64,000 bases of DNA from Plasmodiophora brassicae (Eukaryota), in assembly GCA_036867785.1 (NCBI GenBank), contig CP145415.1, positions 744,001 to 808,000 of the forward strand. The letters run 5' to 3'. Of this stretch, positions 14,113 through 26,236 are shown piece after piece. The position numbers and the translations under genes were made by a program. The stretch's first letter is position 1. Every line of letters begins with the position of its first letter. Under the pieces are notes generated by a model that was given only the letters and a program-made list of their open reading frames with translations, did not search any database and was not told the DNA's origin.

Positions 14113-15890
14113 TTACAACGTAGTGCTGTTTCCATCGTCAACGCATGGGTGTACTGAACGGCTGAGTGGGACAACACTATTGTTCGACACGTCGCCGAAC
14201 GGGAACTTGCAAAGCAGACGCTTCCGGGGGTCGACGGGACCCCCAGTCGTCCACTGGCCGACATTGTTATCGTTCTCTACAGTAAGGCCCTCGCTGATCG
14301 GATATGTGCACAGGCCGGGCATGGGCCGACCGTAGCCGAGCGTTCGCCGTCTGCGGACGAGCGTACTCATCCCTGAGGAACGGGTGCGTCAGCGCCTCGC
14401 TGGGCCGGATGCGCACCCGTGGGTCGAATTCCAGCATTCTGTGCAGCAGGTTCAGGAACGCCGCTAGAGAGCACGACGGGCCAGTCAGCGCGCGGTGCAT
14501 GCACAGGGGACACCCGTCGGTCGAGTACTGTGCTCCAGTTGACTGTGCCGCACAATGGGGACGTGCTCGCTGATCACGCTTGCTAATTTGGACACGGACG
14601 ACTGCGAAGGGGGCGATCCCGGGTCAGCAGCGGTCGAACAGCGGGCCGGGAGTGATGGCAGGCATACCGCCCTGCCGGGTGCGCCGCCTCGAAGTACGCA
14701 ATGGCCGAACTGGTCGTACTCGAAGTAGACGTGCGCCTTCCGGGATCGGTCGACAACGACACGTGGCGGCAGGCCGAGGACGCTGACGAACTGTTGCATC
14801 TGCTCCAGTTCCGACCCGCCGCTGAAGAGCGGCTCGCCCTGCACCGATCCCGCCGGTTAGCCATACACGGTTGCGGCCAGCACCCGGCCACGTGCTGTAC
14901 CGTGTAGAGCTCGACGAGTATGCACCCAAGGGACCACATGCTGTTGGGGAACGGTCAGACAGGGCATTCGCGTACATGCCGTATGCGTACTCGATGGCGG
15001 TCGTGACGACATCGCCGATGAGGACCTCGGGCGCCCTGTAGAACCGGCTCTGGATGTACGTGTAGATCTGTTCGCTCTCGAAGCACGCCGACCCGAAGTC
15101 GATGACCTTCACCTCGAACCGGTGCGGATGCTGCAACAGGATACTGTATCGCACGCGTCACGTGACGGGGGTACCGGCACCCGGCGCGCGCCAACTGACT
15201 TTTCAGGTTTCAGATCGCAGCTGATAATCTGAGCACCGCCCACTGTCAATGGCACAGCCGATGGCGCTGGGCGGCAGGCCGCTACGTACGGATTCATTGT
15301 CGAGGAAGTGCAGGGCCTCGGCCAGCTGCCTGCCGACGTGTCGCACCAGGGTCAGCGACAGGCCCCGGAACCGGGTGCCGCGCAGCACCTCGTACAGGTT
15401 GCTGGACAGCATCTCGAAGACGATGCACTGGTGCCCGTCGTGGACGAAACTGTCCATCATGGTCACAATGTGCCAGCGCCGCAGCGGGTCACGACGCTTC
15501 AGGTGCCGCAGGATCCGGATCTCGGTCTGCGCCTGCGCCGTGAACACCTTCAGGCGCTTGATGAGCTTGATGGCCACCCAGGTGCCCGACACCCGGTCGA
15601 ACGCCTTGACGACCTGGCAGGGGCACACGCACCCGTCACGACGATCGTCATGGGTCACGCAGGCGGCAACCGGGTAGTACCTGCCCGAACGACCCTTTGC
15701 CGATGACGCTGTCGACCATGTACCGCTGGTGCATGCATTCCCCAGGGCGAACCGCGTAGTCATGGGCGGCGGCGTCGTCCGACGACGATCCAGCGTTGTC
15801 GGGCGGTGCCGCGGCCGTCGCGTTGATCTTCGAGTACGTGTCGTACAGGTGGACGGTGAGCGCCTTCAGCGGCCGACTGCCGCTGCTCAT
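14113..15890 (-). CDS. DYRK1-like dual-specificity protein kinase (multi-exon)
   Basis: [18 protein letters not shown] (DYRK1 N-terminal motif), [12 protein letters not shown], x[28 protein letters not shown] (YxY activation loop), [29 protein letters not shown]. Confidence 0.92.
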
Positions 15891-16090
15891 TCGCCTGAGC
15901 CAGCCAGCGAACGGACGCGACCAGCAACTCGTCGTGCCACTGTGACGGGAGAACCCGGTACTCGGCGTGCAACGCGCGAGCGTCGACGACACGGGCGCAT
16001 GCTGTGCGTTGCTCCTATACGTATGGGATGGGATAGGGTTGCGTGTTAAGACAGAGGGCATCGTGTCGATGTAATCGGGGCGACGGCGCG

Positions 16091-16686
16091 TCACGCTTGC
16101 TTCGCCGGCTGCGTGGCCTTCTCCAGGATGAAGGGCGACATGAGGGCGCGGTCGATGTCGGCCTTCTGGGCCGGCGTCAGGTTCTTGAAGCCGGCGACGC
16201 GCTTCTTGCAGTTGGACGCCCCACAGATGCAGTCGAACGGCGACGCCATGTCCCATTCGGTCGTGTTGTAGTCGAACTGGGACGCACAGGCGGACCGTCA
16301 GGCGGGGGGTCATGCGGGTCGCGGCACACTGACACGCGCTACGTTACCGTGATCGGGTCGCCGGCGTTGATCTGCTTGATGGCGACCATGCGCACGAGGC
16401 CGTACTCGACCTGGGCCTTGCAGTTGGGCTCGCAGGAGTGGTTGCAGAAGATGAGCGGGCCGGCGCACAGCATGTGCTGCCCGTCGTCCAGCTGCAGCGT
16501 GTACTTGTCCGGCAGCGATCTCACCTCGCCGACCTCCTCGAACACGGTCGTCCCCGTCTTCAGCGCCGCGACCGCCGCCACGAACTTCCCCGACGAGTCG
16601 TGCCGGAACGTGAACAGCTGCGGCTCGGGGCGCACGCCGTCCGAGGCCACGATCGACGGCGCGGGCGCATCGGCGAACAACGACAT
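16091..16686 (-). CDS. Small SET-domain protein with post-SET motif (2 exons)
   Basis: FCNHSCEPNC, AIKQINAGDPIT|FDYNTTEWDMASPFDCICGASNC after splicing an intron at ~16279-16346. Confidence 0.88.
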
Positions 16687-16792
16687 GGCGGTTTCGTCCA
16701 ACGACCCGTATTGACCAACTGGCGCAGAGACCGCGTCCGAAGCGACGGCACCCGCCAACGTCCGCCCATCGCGCGCGCGCCCGCGCAACCCG

Positions 16793-16822
<30 letters not shown>
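16793..16822. repeat. C30 homopolymer between divergent genes
   Basis: 30 consecutive C. Confidence 0.95.
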
Positions 16823-16825
<3 letters not shown>

Positions 16826-17083
16826 CGCCCACGTTACAAGACGACGGACCGGGGCCCTCACGAAGCGTCGCCCGCCGTGTGTGACGTGCTGGACCCGCGC
16901 AATGTCCGGCAGTGCGCGTGTCGCGCGAGAGTCGCCCCCAGACCGTCGCCGCGCGCACTTGAGCCTATTTATAGGGGCGCGCGGGGCCGTGCGTGCTCCG
17001 TGCCAACGCGGCCGTGTCGACGTCGCCGGTCACCCCCGGGGACAGGACGCCCCCCCCACGTTTTCATTTGGGCGACGGTCGTC

Positions 17084-17875
17084 ATGCAAAGTGTGACGGT
17101 GGTCGGGCCGGACCTGGACGCGTTCGTGGCGTTCCTGACGGATGCAGGCCGGGTGCTGGTGTCCGTGGTGCTGGCGCTGGGGGCGCGCGGGTCGGGCGTC
17201 GTGCTGCGGGCGATAGCGTCGGCGGTGTCGCCGGCGACGATGTCGATGGCGGTGCCGATGCTGCCGGTTGCGCCGCTCGTTGCCGTGTCGATGATCCTGC
17301 TCGATCTGTCGGGGACGAATGCGACGCGTGTGATCCGGAACGCGAGGAGGTCGGACCCGATCATGACGATGGTCGTCCCCGGCATCGTTGTTATCGGCAA
17401 AGCGATCGTCAACGTGTGCCCGGCCGTTGCGCGAGAGCTGAGGCAGGTGGATCCCGATGAACTCGTGGCCATGGTTGGCGCCCTGTTGCTGATCGTTCGT
17501 GTTCTCGTCATGATTCCGTTCATGCCTGTCACGTTCCTGATTCCTTCAATCCTTGTTCCTAGCATGCCCGTGGCGACGTTCATTGGCGCGATGCTGACCT
17601 ATCGTGGCGTGCAGCAGCTGGGCGAGCGGCGGCCCCCTAGACTCGTCTTGCCGCCGGCCCTGCCTGGACCGGGCGAAGACCGCGTCGATGAGCATGTGCG
17701 CAGCAGCCGCCATGCTGAACCTGCCTCCAGTCCAGATGGGCCACCTCGAGCGGCCCAGAAGGACAACAGTAACGGACAGGATGCGCCCGCCGCCACAGGA
17801 TTCTCTCATGTACTACGAATTTCGTTCGCTACAAACATCCTGCCGGTCATTGTCCTGTCAATGTCAATGTATTAG
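17084..17875 (+). CDS. Hypothetical hydrophobic/membrane protein
   Basis: Open frame from ATG 17084 with several hydrophobic segments; TATTTATA box ~115 nt upstream. No family recognised. Confidence 0.5.
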   Translation: MQSVTVVGPDLDAFVAFLTDAGRVLVSVVLALGARGSGVVLRAIASAVSPATMSMAVPMLPVAPLVAVSMILLDLSGTNATRVIRNARRSDPIMTMVVPGIVVIGKAIVNVCPAVARELRQVDPDELVAMVGALLLIVRVLVMIPFMPVTFLIPSILVPSMPVATFIGAMLTYRGVQQLGERRPPRLVLPPALPGPGEDRVDEHVRSSRHAEPASSPDGPPRAAQKDNSNGQDAPAATGFSHVLRISFATNILPVIVLSMSMY

Positions 17876-18149
17876 ACATCGCGTGCTGGTCTGCTCTGCT
17901 TCGACCGACCAACAATGATCTGGCTGAGCCCTTCCGCCCTTGTTGTTTCGAGCATGTGACCATGCACCGACGTACGCGTTCAGCGTGTGTTTGAGGTTGT
18001 ACAAGCTCGCCGTGTTATTGTTCGCCGAGTGCGAATACGAAGGTGCTCGTAGGGCGTGATGTGAGAAGCGCTTCTGGGCTAACAAATGTGAAGGGCCGGA
18101 TTCGTTGCGCGTCACTGAGACACCCGTCTCTCGCGGTACGTCATTCCGA

Positions 18150-19533
18150 TGCCACTGGCAGGGCGGTTCATCCAGCGTTGATCCAGGGCAAGCTGTGGAC
18201 CTCTCTCAATCGCAGGAGGGAAGAGCTCCTCAGGGGATACGGTTTTTAAAGACCGTTGTCGCCAGCTAGGGTACCAATGCACCTGTTTCCGCGCAGTGCT
18301 TGCGACACCTTCGTTCATGGTCGTCACCGAGGCGCGCGTACAGGCTGGAGAAGTCAAGTGTCTTCTACGGGGAGGTATTCCCGTTCAAGACCACGGATGT
18401 GGACGCGGACGAGGAAAATGGGGGCGATGCTGCTGCGGCTGAGGTCGATGCTGTCGATGTCGATGATTCAGCGGACGACGATGATGATGCAGCAAGCGAC
18501 GATGATGATGATGACGATGATGGAGGGGGGCGGCGACCATTATTCGCCAGAACTGCGACGGTCAAGGCGAATCAGGTTCCAGCCTGATCGATTCGCGGAG
18601 GTTGACTTCGATGAGATGATGAAGTTGGCACGACGAGATGGAGATTCCGGCGGAAGAGAAGGAGCATGTTATGAAGCCGCCGAGGAGGACGAAGCACCGC
18701 TGTCGTCAGGTGGGGAGGACGTGGACGTGTTCTACGATGTCCCTGACGACGATGATGAAGGGCTGGCGAGCCTGCTTTCGGGAGAAGTCCCGGAAGCGTC
18801 CGACCCGCAGGTGGAACATGAAGCGGTGAACGAACCTGACCGTCATCGTTGGATGGAGGCTGAACGCGACGAACATCAGAGCGCCATGGACGGACAAGTT
18901 GCTGACCTGGTCCCGCCCCCTGACAACGAGCCGGAGCCGGTGTTGTCGTCGAAGAGGGTCTATAAGACGAAACGCGACGAGATGACGGCAACATCCTGCG
19001 CTACAAGGCAAGGTTCTGCGTTGTCGTGCGGACCCTCCTGGAAGCCGGAAGGCACTGATAGACACGTTTGCTCCGACGTTGCGTTACGCGACGCTCACGG
19101 TGATGATCACGATGGCAGCGGTCATGGGAGCGACGATTCATCAGACTGACGTGAAGACGGCTTTCCTGCACCTATCGACGTGTTGCAGCCGAGAAACGTC
19201 AACCAGAAGAGCAAGGGGTACGTGTGGAAACTGACAAAGGCGCTCTACGGCCTGGTTGAAGCTCCTCCGCTGTGATACGAGGCGCTCCACCACTGTGTCT
19301 GGCTTCGGTTTTGGGAGAGCGCTTGGCGATCCCTGCGTGTACGTGCTCAGACGCGGGAGGCATATCGTACTTCTTGGCGTGTTTGTGGATGATTTCCCAC
19401 TATTGGCTTGGTGGACGAAGTGAAGGCGATGTTGTCGACACGATTCGAGACCAAGGATATGGGTCCTGCCAGATGGGTCCTCTGGATGCGGCTGACGCAG
19501 ACGGCGACGGTGGTTGATTGTGTTTGACCAGGT
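18150..19533 (+). mobile_element. Degenerate Ty1/copia LTR-retrotransposon pol fragment (integrase C-terminus and RVT_2 reverse transcriptase)
   Basis: Across frameshifts: LRRSRR, W.EA.RDE, VLSSKRVYKTKRD..G...YKARF, HQTDVKTAFL, VWKLTKALYGL, DPCVY, LGVFVDDF. Multiple stops and frameshifts; no LTRs identified; left boundary approximate. Confidence 0.85.
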
Positions 19534-21056
19534 CCCAGAATAGAATGTGTGCCATCCGTTGACAGGGTAGGATTTGTATGGACGGACGCTGAACGTTTTT
19601 AGTATAAGGGATTTCTGGAATAAGTAAACAGTTGGATTAAAACAGATACCGCAATTGTCACGAGCGAACATCGTCCCTTAAGAAGCCATCGCGCCAACTC
19701 AATACGCACCGTCAGTACTGCCATGCACTGTGACTGTCCTTCGAGATCGACTGGCGCCTTCCTACGCCGCCGCTTGGCGCTACTATGTAGCGGATGACTT
19801 GGTGACAGTGACGCCTGGCGCAAACCCTATTGACTCACACGGGCATGGCAGTGGGTCGCATGTCCAAACAACAACCACTGTATAATGGCAACAGTTCGCA
19901 CGCTGCAGTGTCTTATTTGGTTGCCCTCGTCACGGGTGTCCGGCTGCCCTAGGCAGGTCTAGCGTCGCCCTACGACGGCCGCGACCCGGTGTACCATTGA
20001 ACACCCGATCACGCTTCAAGGCGTCATCGGATTCATCGGTGATCCGCCGGTCACATTGTACGTGGCGCGCTCCACAGAACAGACATGGACGACGGTCTTG
20101 CCGAAGACTACCTGAGTACTATGGTCGAACGATGTTCTCATTGTCGGGGCGCGAATGTTTCCAAATGAGAACATCAGTTGCTGTGGCCGCTACCACCATA
20201 TCACGTTGCCGCTACGAACCGTCGCCGACATCCCTCAGCAAACCTTATTTTCTGAAACGGAACAGGTATCGCTCCTCACTTCGTCAACCATAACGGCGGC
20301 CGTTACCGCAATGGATCCTGCTATACAAGACATTCATGCTGCGATAGCTTTATTACGAGACGAAGTTCGTTCGGCACAGTTGCAGTATCAATTTCTCGAA
20401 TTGTTTTACGTATTCCAGAAATTGATACTGCAACTGTGCCGAACGAACTTCGTCTATCGCAGCGTGAATGTCTTGAATAGCAGGATCCATTGCGGTAACG
20501 GCCGCCGTTATGGTTGACGAAGTGAGGAGCGATACCTGTTCCGTTTCAGAAAATTAGATTTGCTGAGGGAGGTCGGCGACGGTTCGTAGCGGCAACGTGA
20601 TATGGTGGTAGCTTCTACAGCAACTGATGTTCGTGAATGTCTTGTATAGCAGGATCCATTGCGGTAACGGCCGCCGTTATGGTTGACGAAATGAGGAGCG
20701 ATACCTGTTCCGTTTCAGAAAATAAGATTTGCTGAGGGATGTCGGCGACGGTTCGTAGCGGCAACGTGATATGGTGGTAGCGGCCGGCCACAGCAACTGA
20801 TGTTCTCATTTGGAAACATTCGCGCCCCGACAATGAGAACATCGTTCGACCATAGTACTCAGGTAGTCTTCGGCAAGACCGTCGTCCATGTCTGTTCTGT
20901 GGAGCGCACCACGTACAATGTGACCGGCGGAACTGCCATGCCTGGGTAGAGGCTGATAATTCGTGCATGGTTTGCCACCCAGAATAGAATGTGTGCCATC
21001 CGTTGACAGGGTAGGATTTGAATGGGCGGACGCTGAACGGTTTTAGCATAAGAGAT
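19534..21056. repeat. ~79-bp imperfect direct repeat pair (19534-19612 and 20978-21056)
   Basis: CCCAGAATAGAATGTGTGCCATCCGTTGACAGGGTAGGATTTG...TAAG(G/A)GAT occurs twice in the same orientation. Confidence 0.92.
20043..20931. repeat. Long inverted repeat (fold-back) with a ~170-bp tandem duplication in the right arm
   Basis: Left arm 20043-20396 is reverse-complementary to right arm 20417-20931; loop ~20 nt; 20463-20632 is repeated at 20633-~20805. Confidence 0.95.
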
Positions 21057-21291
21057 CCTCTCTCGATTCATGTCTCTTTCGAACTCGGACAACTGGAAGG
21101 ATCGTACAGCGGCCGTCTGCGCTCCTGCAGCAAACTAGCATGGGACTCTCCCATTTGTTCACGAGTTGCATTGCGCACCGCAGACCTCAGGCAATGCAAC
21201 GTGGATCCTACTGATACCTGTTACGAGACGGCACACGGCTACGCCGCAACGTGAAATACATTTCAGCCAAACAATGAGATATGACGTTGGG

Positions 21292-22949
21292 TCACATGAA
21301 GTTCTTGATAACGTCAACTTTGACGTCGTTGATCTCCGACTGGGCCTGGAACTTCTTGTACTCTTTCGTATTCGTGAACCTGGCGAACACGTCGTTCTTC
21401 ATGGTGCAGAACGCCTGCCAAACATGACGCATCAGCGACTGCCCGAACGGGGACACCGCTACCCGCAACGGTCGTATACCTCCTTCTGACACTCGTCGAA
21501 TACGACGAACATGGCCCACATATCGTTCCAGATGACGGGGTCGATCTTGGCCTGGGCGGCCGCATTCGTCGCGGGACGCTCCCGCTTAATGAATTCGGCG
21601 TCGTCCCTCTTGTCGTCCAAATCCTGAGTCGTAGCGCCGCTGGCCCACGTCAATCCGCTCGTTGCCGTCCCGTTCAGCTTTGTCTTTGAGGCGGCTGTCG
21701 ATGAGGATACGGAGGCGGCGGATCCTTCCTGCCCGCTGTCGGTCCTCGTATGGCTCTTCTCCCGTTCGTTAATACGCTGGACGACGGCTTGCGCGCACCG
21801 GACGCTTTCGAAGCTGAGGTTCACCTGGAACGGCGAGTCGTCCTTCAGGAACCGGTCGAAGATCGCGTTCATCCGCTGGACGACGTGATGCCTGGCGGAA
21901 CCTGTCAGCGGCCGTTTCGCGTCCAGCATCGCCAGGTACAACTTGTCCTTGTAGTTCGACACGTCCTTCCAGAACACGGCGTTCTCCTGGCACAGCGACG
22001 CCTTGCAGAACGCAGAGAACTGCCGGAACGACTTGGCGTTGCTGAGCACAGCACGTAGTCGGACGGCGCTCTCGTCGTTGTCAACCTCCGCCTCGGTCGT
22101 CCCTGACCCCGTCGAATCGCGATCTTCGCCGTTACCCGCCCCATGTATGACGCTGGCGATCATCAGCATCGACGTGAGCGCGACCGACGACGAACTCGCG
22201 ATGGCAACGTTGGTGCCGTTGGAAGCGATCAGCGGCACGACCGCGAATCGTAGAATGGACTGCTTCAGAGCCAGAACCAGAAGGATACCGATCTCGACGC
22301 CGCGTTCCTGTAGACATCGGGCGAGCAGGGTGATGTAATTCCTGACACCGGTCTGCGCCTTCAAGATGGTGACCGCGGACCAGAGTCTGAAGGCAAGGAC
22401 AATGGAGAAGACGATGGTTTCCTGGAAATCGCCGACGACGGTCAGCGGGTTCATGTCGGTGCTGCCGTTGTTGATGATGGTGGCGACGATGACGACGAGG
22501 TTGTAAATCGTGTACAGGGCGACAATGCCGAGGAGGATCAGGACGGTGCGCATGGGAACAACGCGGCTGTGGATCTCGATGATGACGGGGAGGACGACGA
22601 ACAGGAACGATAGGCACTGCGCCTGGGAGCTGATGTGGAACAGCGAGTCGACGACGATGGACTGTGTGAGCATCAGTAGGCAGGAAACCGCTCCCAGGAA
22701 AGCGAACAACGACATCAGCATGAGGACAAGCGTCGTGACAATACTGGCACGATTGCGGCGGTCTCGTCGCTGAAGGACGCGAAGCAACGGCGACCCGTTG
22801 CTCCTCAAGCTTATCGTCGATGTCGCCATGCCGATACGGTCGTCGGTCGCCCAATCCCGACGCATGCGCCTGGCCCAGACGACGAGCGGGAACACCAGCT
22901 GCATGACGATGGCAAGCGCCATCGTCAGCGCCAGGATCGGCTGCGACAT
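21292..22949 (-). CDS. 7TM-RGS protein (seven hydrophobic helices plus C-terminal RGS domain)
   Basis: Seven hydrophobic segments, then LRAVLSN..FRQFSAFCKASLCQENAVFW..IFDRFLKDDSPFQVNLS..VFDECQKE|AFCTMKNDVFARF; intron ~21415-21479. Confidence 0.88.
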
Positions 22950-23201
22950 GATCTGACGGCAGATATTGCGGCAGAACGGATGAACGCATACACACACGGA
23001 CGCGCGCGCGCGCGCCACGTTAGTATATCTCGGCACCCGCCGCCGCCTGCAAAATTGGCTCAAGTTCATCAATATATCGTGAGCAGCTCCCGGTGAACAC
23101 AGTGGCGCACTGCGTGCAGCTCCGGCGCAACGTCTTCGGATGGGGCCGGTGCACAGCTCCGTTGTATCGCGTGACACGTGTAGGTAGGCAGTGGCGGCGT
23201 C

Positions 23202-23762
23202 TCAGTACACATCGAGACTGACAAACGGGTCGAACATGGTGCAGACTCTGTACTTGGCGCCATCCTTGAGCTCCTTGACCTTGGTGACGACCTTGGACAG
23301 GTCGGTGACCTTGACGAGGGCGCGTCCGCGCTGCCCGAGGACCTTCTTGAAATCGGACTGCGACTCGAGGTGCACGAGGCGGAACGTCTCCTTCGGGCGG
23401 TATTGATGGTCCATGTCCTGGATGTAGACGGTGCGCGGCCGCGGCACGATCACGTAGACGGGGCTCTGCTGCGTCGACCGGAGTTGCCCGATCGGCGCCT
23501 TCATTTTGACGTTAACGCCCGGTTTGCGTCGCGTATTGATGCGCAGCTGGGCGACGTCGAACTTCTGCAACGCGTCCACCGCCTTCCACACCTTGTCGCG
23601 GAACACGCCCACGCTCTCCTCGCTCGTCATTGCGATCGACAGCGGCGAGCTCCCCGCGGGATACGGCCACATCTCCGGGTTCACCACCGAATACCATATC
23701 TCATAATCTGCATGCGCCGCGCCACGGTCAACAACCGCAACCCGGACGTCCAATCCTGTCAT
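23202..23762 (-). CDS. Small protein with Crinkler-like N-terminal ubiquitin-fold domain
   Basis: IWYSVV...PLSIAM...SVGVFRDKVWK....FDVAQLRI......VYVIVPRP mirrors the CRN header layout. Intronless 186-aa ORF. Confidence 0.5.
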   Translation of the reverse strand: MTGLDVRVAVVDRGAAHADYEIWYSVVNPEMWPYPAGSSPLSIAMTSEESVGVFRDKVWKAVDALQKFDVAQLRINTRRKPGVNVKMKAPIGQLRSTQQSPVYVIVPRPRTVYIQDMDHQYRPKETFRLVHLESQSDFKKVLGQRGRALVKVTDLSKVVTKVKELKDGAKYRVCTMFDPFVSLDVY

Positions 23763-24045
23763 GCACGACGACCGTACTCTTGACGGGCTGGACGCCGTTC
23801 AGCCGGCGCTTGCGGAACGGGGAGTCCACGTCGAATTTCGTCACGACCGGCCGGGTCGACATGCACCGGACCCGAACGCACGACGGCGGCACGACCCGGA
23901 TGCACCGCATCATGATGACGTGCTGCGGCGGATGGTGACGCGGCCGGGAGACGCAAAGCCGCGCGGAGTCGGCACCGTTGACAGCGACAGCAACGCCGCC
24001 GCCGCTCGACCAAAATCCAACTGCGAGTTCGCGGCCGCCCAGGGC

Positions 24046-24765
24046 ATGGAGCGGATCGCTGCGATGTACGGCGATGGGAGCGACGAGGAGGACCAAGGGT
24101 GCCAGGGCGGGGGCCTGGGGCGGCTGTCCTTGCCGCCGGCGCATATCGTCAGCGGGACGCGGCAGGCGTGGTCTGACCGGCCGGACCTGCATGGCAACCG
24201 GTCGCGATCGTTCCCCCACGTCGTCGGCAACTATCCGACCGTCGTTTTCGTGGCGGTCGGGCCGTGCCCCGCGTTTCGATCCGTCTGCGATCGCCTGAAT
24301 CGGTGCAGCCTGACCCGTGTTCCGGATGAGGACAGGCACATGTCGCTGTCGAAGACGGCCACGTTGCGACGACACGAGATTCGCGCGTTCGTAGACGAGC
24401 TGGGCAAAGCGGTCCGCGACCTTCGTTCATTTCGGGTTCGATTCCGACGATTGATTCTGCTCGTCAACGAGGAGCGCTCGAGGACGTTTGTTGGGGCGTC
24501 CGCCGTTGAACGAGACGTGGGTGCCGTCGCAAAGCTGATCGAACGAGTGGACATGGCGATGCGCGCCTTTGGCCTGCCGGTGTACTATGCAGACCCGAAG
24601 CCTCATGTGACCCTCGCGTGGTGCATCGGCGATCAACGACAGGAGCTGTCCCATGTCATCGGAGACGATCCATTGTCATTGGATGCGGACGCCGCCGTCG
24701 TCGTCGACAGTGTCTCTGCCAAGATTGGCAACCGCTTATACACTGTGTATCTGAAGGACCAATAA
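24046..24765 (+). CDS. USB1: U6 snRNA phosphodiesterase (2H family)
   Basis: RSRSFPHVVGNYPT, HMSLSKT, LVNEERSRTFVG, YYADPKPHVTLAW (two HxS/T motifs). Confidence 0.92.
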   Translation: MERIAAMYGDGSDEEDQGCQGGGLGRLSLPPAHIVSGTRQAWSDRPDLHGNRSRSFPHVVGNYPTVVFVAVGPCPAFRSVCDRLNRCSLTRVPDEDRHMSLSKTATLRRHEIRAFVDELGKAVRDLRSFRVRFRRLILLVNEERSRTFVGASAVERDVGAVAKLIERVDMAMRAFGLPVYYADPKPHVTLAWCIGDQRQELSHVIGDDPLSLDADAAVVVDSVSAKIGNRLYTVYLKDQ

Positions 24766-24822
24766 GTCAGCTCGCGAGCGCCTCCAGACGAAGACACGGG
24801 TGGATATTATATTCGCGGGCAT

Positions 24823-25512
24823 TCATGCACGACGCCTGGAGACGATATTGTCGAGGTTCTTCTCGACGTGTTCGTAATCGTCGTCGATGACCGAGTAGAA
24901 CAGCGAGTCGCGCGATTCGCCCTTGAAGAACATGTGCTTGCGGAACGTGCCTTCGTGGACGACTCCAAGCTTGGTTGCCAGGTTCTGACTAGGAACGTTC
25001 TTGTGGTGGGCCTTCCACTCAACGCGGCGCAGGTGCAGGTTACGAAACGCATGCCACAGCAGGAGCCCTGACGCTTCGGCTGCGTAGCCTCTACCTACAG
25101 ATGTAGCCGGCTTAGCTGGCTTATTCCAAGGCGGGGTGGCGCAGGTGAACGACCCTGGAACTTTTCCGCAACCCAGATCATGCCGATTTCAGCAGCCTTG
25201 TATTCCGGCACAATGTTGAGGAACGCCACCATGCCAATCAGCATGCCGGACGCATTTTCGCGCATGACGAACGGCATCCATGTCGGGCTCTTATGGATGC
25301 ACTCCAGCTTGCCCATGTACTGCGGCTGCGACTCGAACGGCCCGAACGGCATGTACCGGAAGTACTCGTTCGTCATGATCCCATACAGCTCGTCGCCGTG
25401 CGCCACAGGATCCAACGGCGCTAACGTCACCTGGCCCCTGCAGGGTGACCGCGGAAATGAGGTCATTCCGTGCACCAGAGTAGGCGCATGGCGCGAACGA
25501 GAACTCGTTCAT
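24823..25512 (-). CDS. GNAT acetyltransferase, RimJ/RimL family (multi-exon)
   Basis: AEIGMIWVAEKFQG|RGYAAEA..LRRVEWKAHHKNVPSQNLATKLG..HEGTFRKHM..RDSLFYSVID. Start exon tentative. Confidence 0.88.
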
Positions 25513-25672
25513 CGCGTTGCACTCGCGAAAAATGGACCGTGCTCAGTATTGGTAAGCGGCGCGGGTGGGATGTGTAGATTAGGGCGCCTTGCCATATATC
25601 GGGGCCACGGACTGCGTGGCGGACTGCCTGGACGGGTGCGTTCCCCGTGATCGCATTGCCGCTGGTATCGCT

Positions 25673-26236
25673 ATGGGTATCGATTTGAAGGCGGGAGGGC
25701 GCCGCCCGGCCAACGGGCGTACGCAGGCCGTCACCAAGAATGTGTACGTTCAGATGCTGATCAAGCTGTACAAATTCTTGGCGCGCCGCACGAACTCGAA
25801 GTTCAACGCCGTTATCGTCAAGCGGCTGATGACGTCGCAGGTCAACCGCCCGCCCATGTCGCTGTCGCGCCTGGTGGCGTTCTCGCGCGGTGCCGAGGAC
25901 AAGATCCTCGTCGTCGTCGGCACCATCACGGACGACACGCGCCTGGTCGAGGTACCGGAGAACCTCAAGGTCTGCGCCCTGCGGGTGACCGAATCTGCCC
26001 GCGCCCGTCTCGTCAAGGCGAACGCCGAGATCCTCACGTTCGACCAGCTGGCGCTCCGTGCGCCGACCGGTTCTAACACCGTCCTTCTTCGTGGACGCAA
26101 GAGCCACCGTGAGGCCGTCAAGCACTTCGGTGCGCCCGGCACGAAGCACTCGCACGCCAAGCCGTACGTGCGCTCCAAGGGACGTAAGTTCGAACGCGCC
26201 CGTGGTCGTCGCCCCAGCCGCGGTTTCCAAGTCTAA
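25673..26236 (+). CDS. RPL18: 60S ribosomal protein L18 (eL18), intronless
   Basis: MGIDL..., [45 protein letters not shown]. Confidence 0.98.
   Translation: MGIDLKAGGRRPANGRTQAVTKNVYVQMLIKLYKFLARRTNSKFNAVIVKRLMTSQVNRPPMSLSRLVAFSRGAEDKILVVVGTITDDTRLVEVPENLKVCALRVTESARARLVKANAEILTFDQLALRAPTGSNTVLLRGRKSHREAVKHFGAPGTKHSHAKPYVRSKGRKFERARGRRPSRGFQV

Noticed and set aside
20043-20931. CRISPR array or structural RNA gene
   Set aside because: Repeats are long and inverted, with no short repeat-spacer periodicity; context is eukaryotic; no tRNA or rRNA signature.
19534-21056. The 79-bp direct repeats as LTRs of the copia element
   Set aside because: Both lie downstream of the pol fragment rather than flanking it, and no TG..CA ends, PBS or PPT were seen.
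19997-21092. ORFs 19997-20293, 20155-20517, 20615-21049 as genes
   Set aside because: They mirror each other only because of the palindrome; no recognisable domain.
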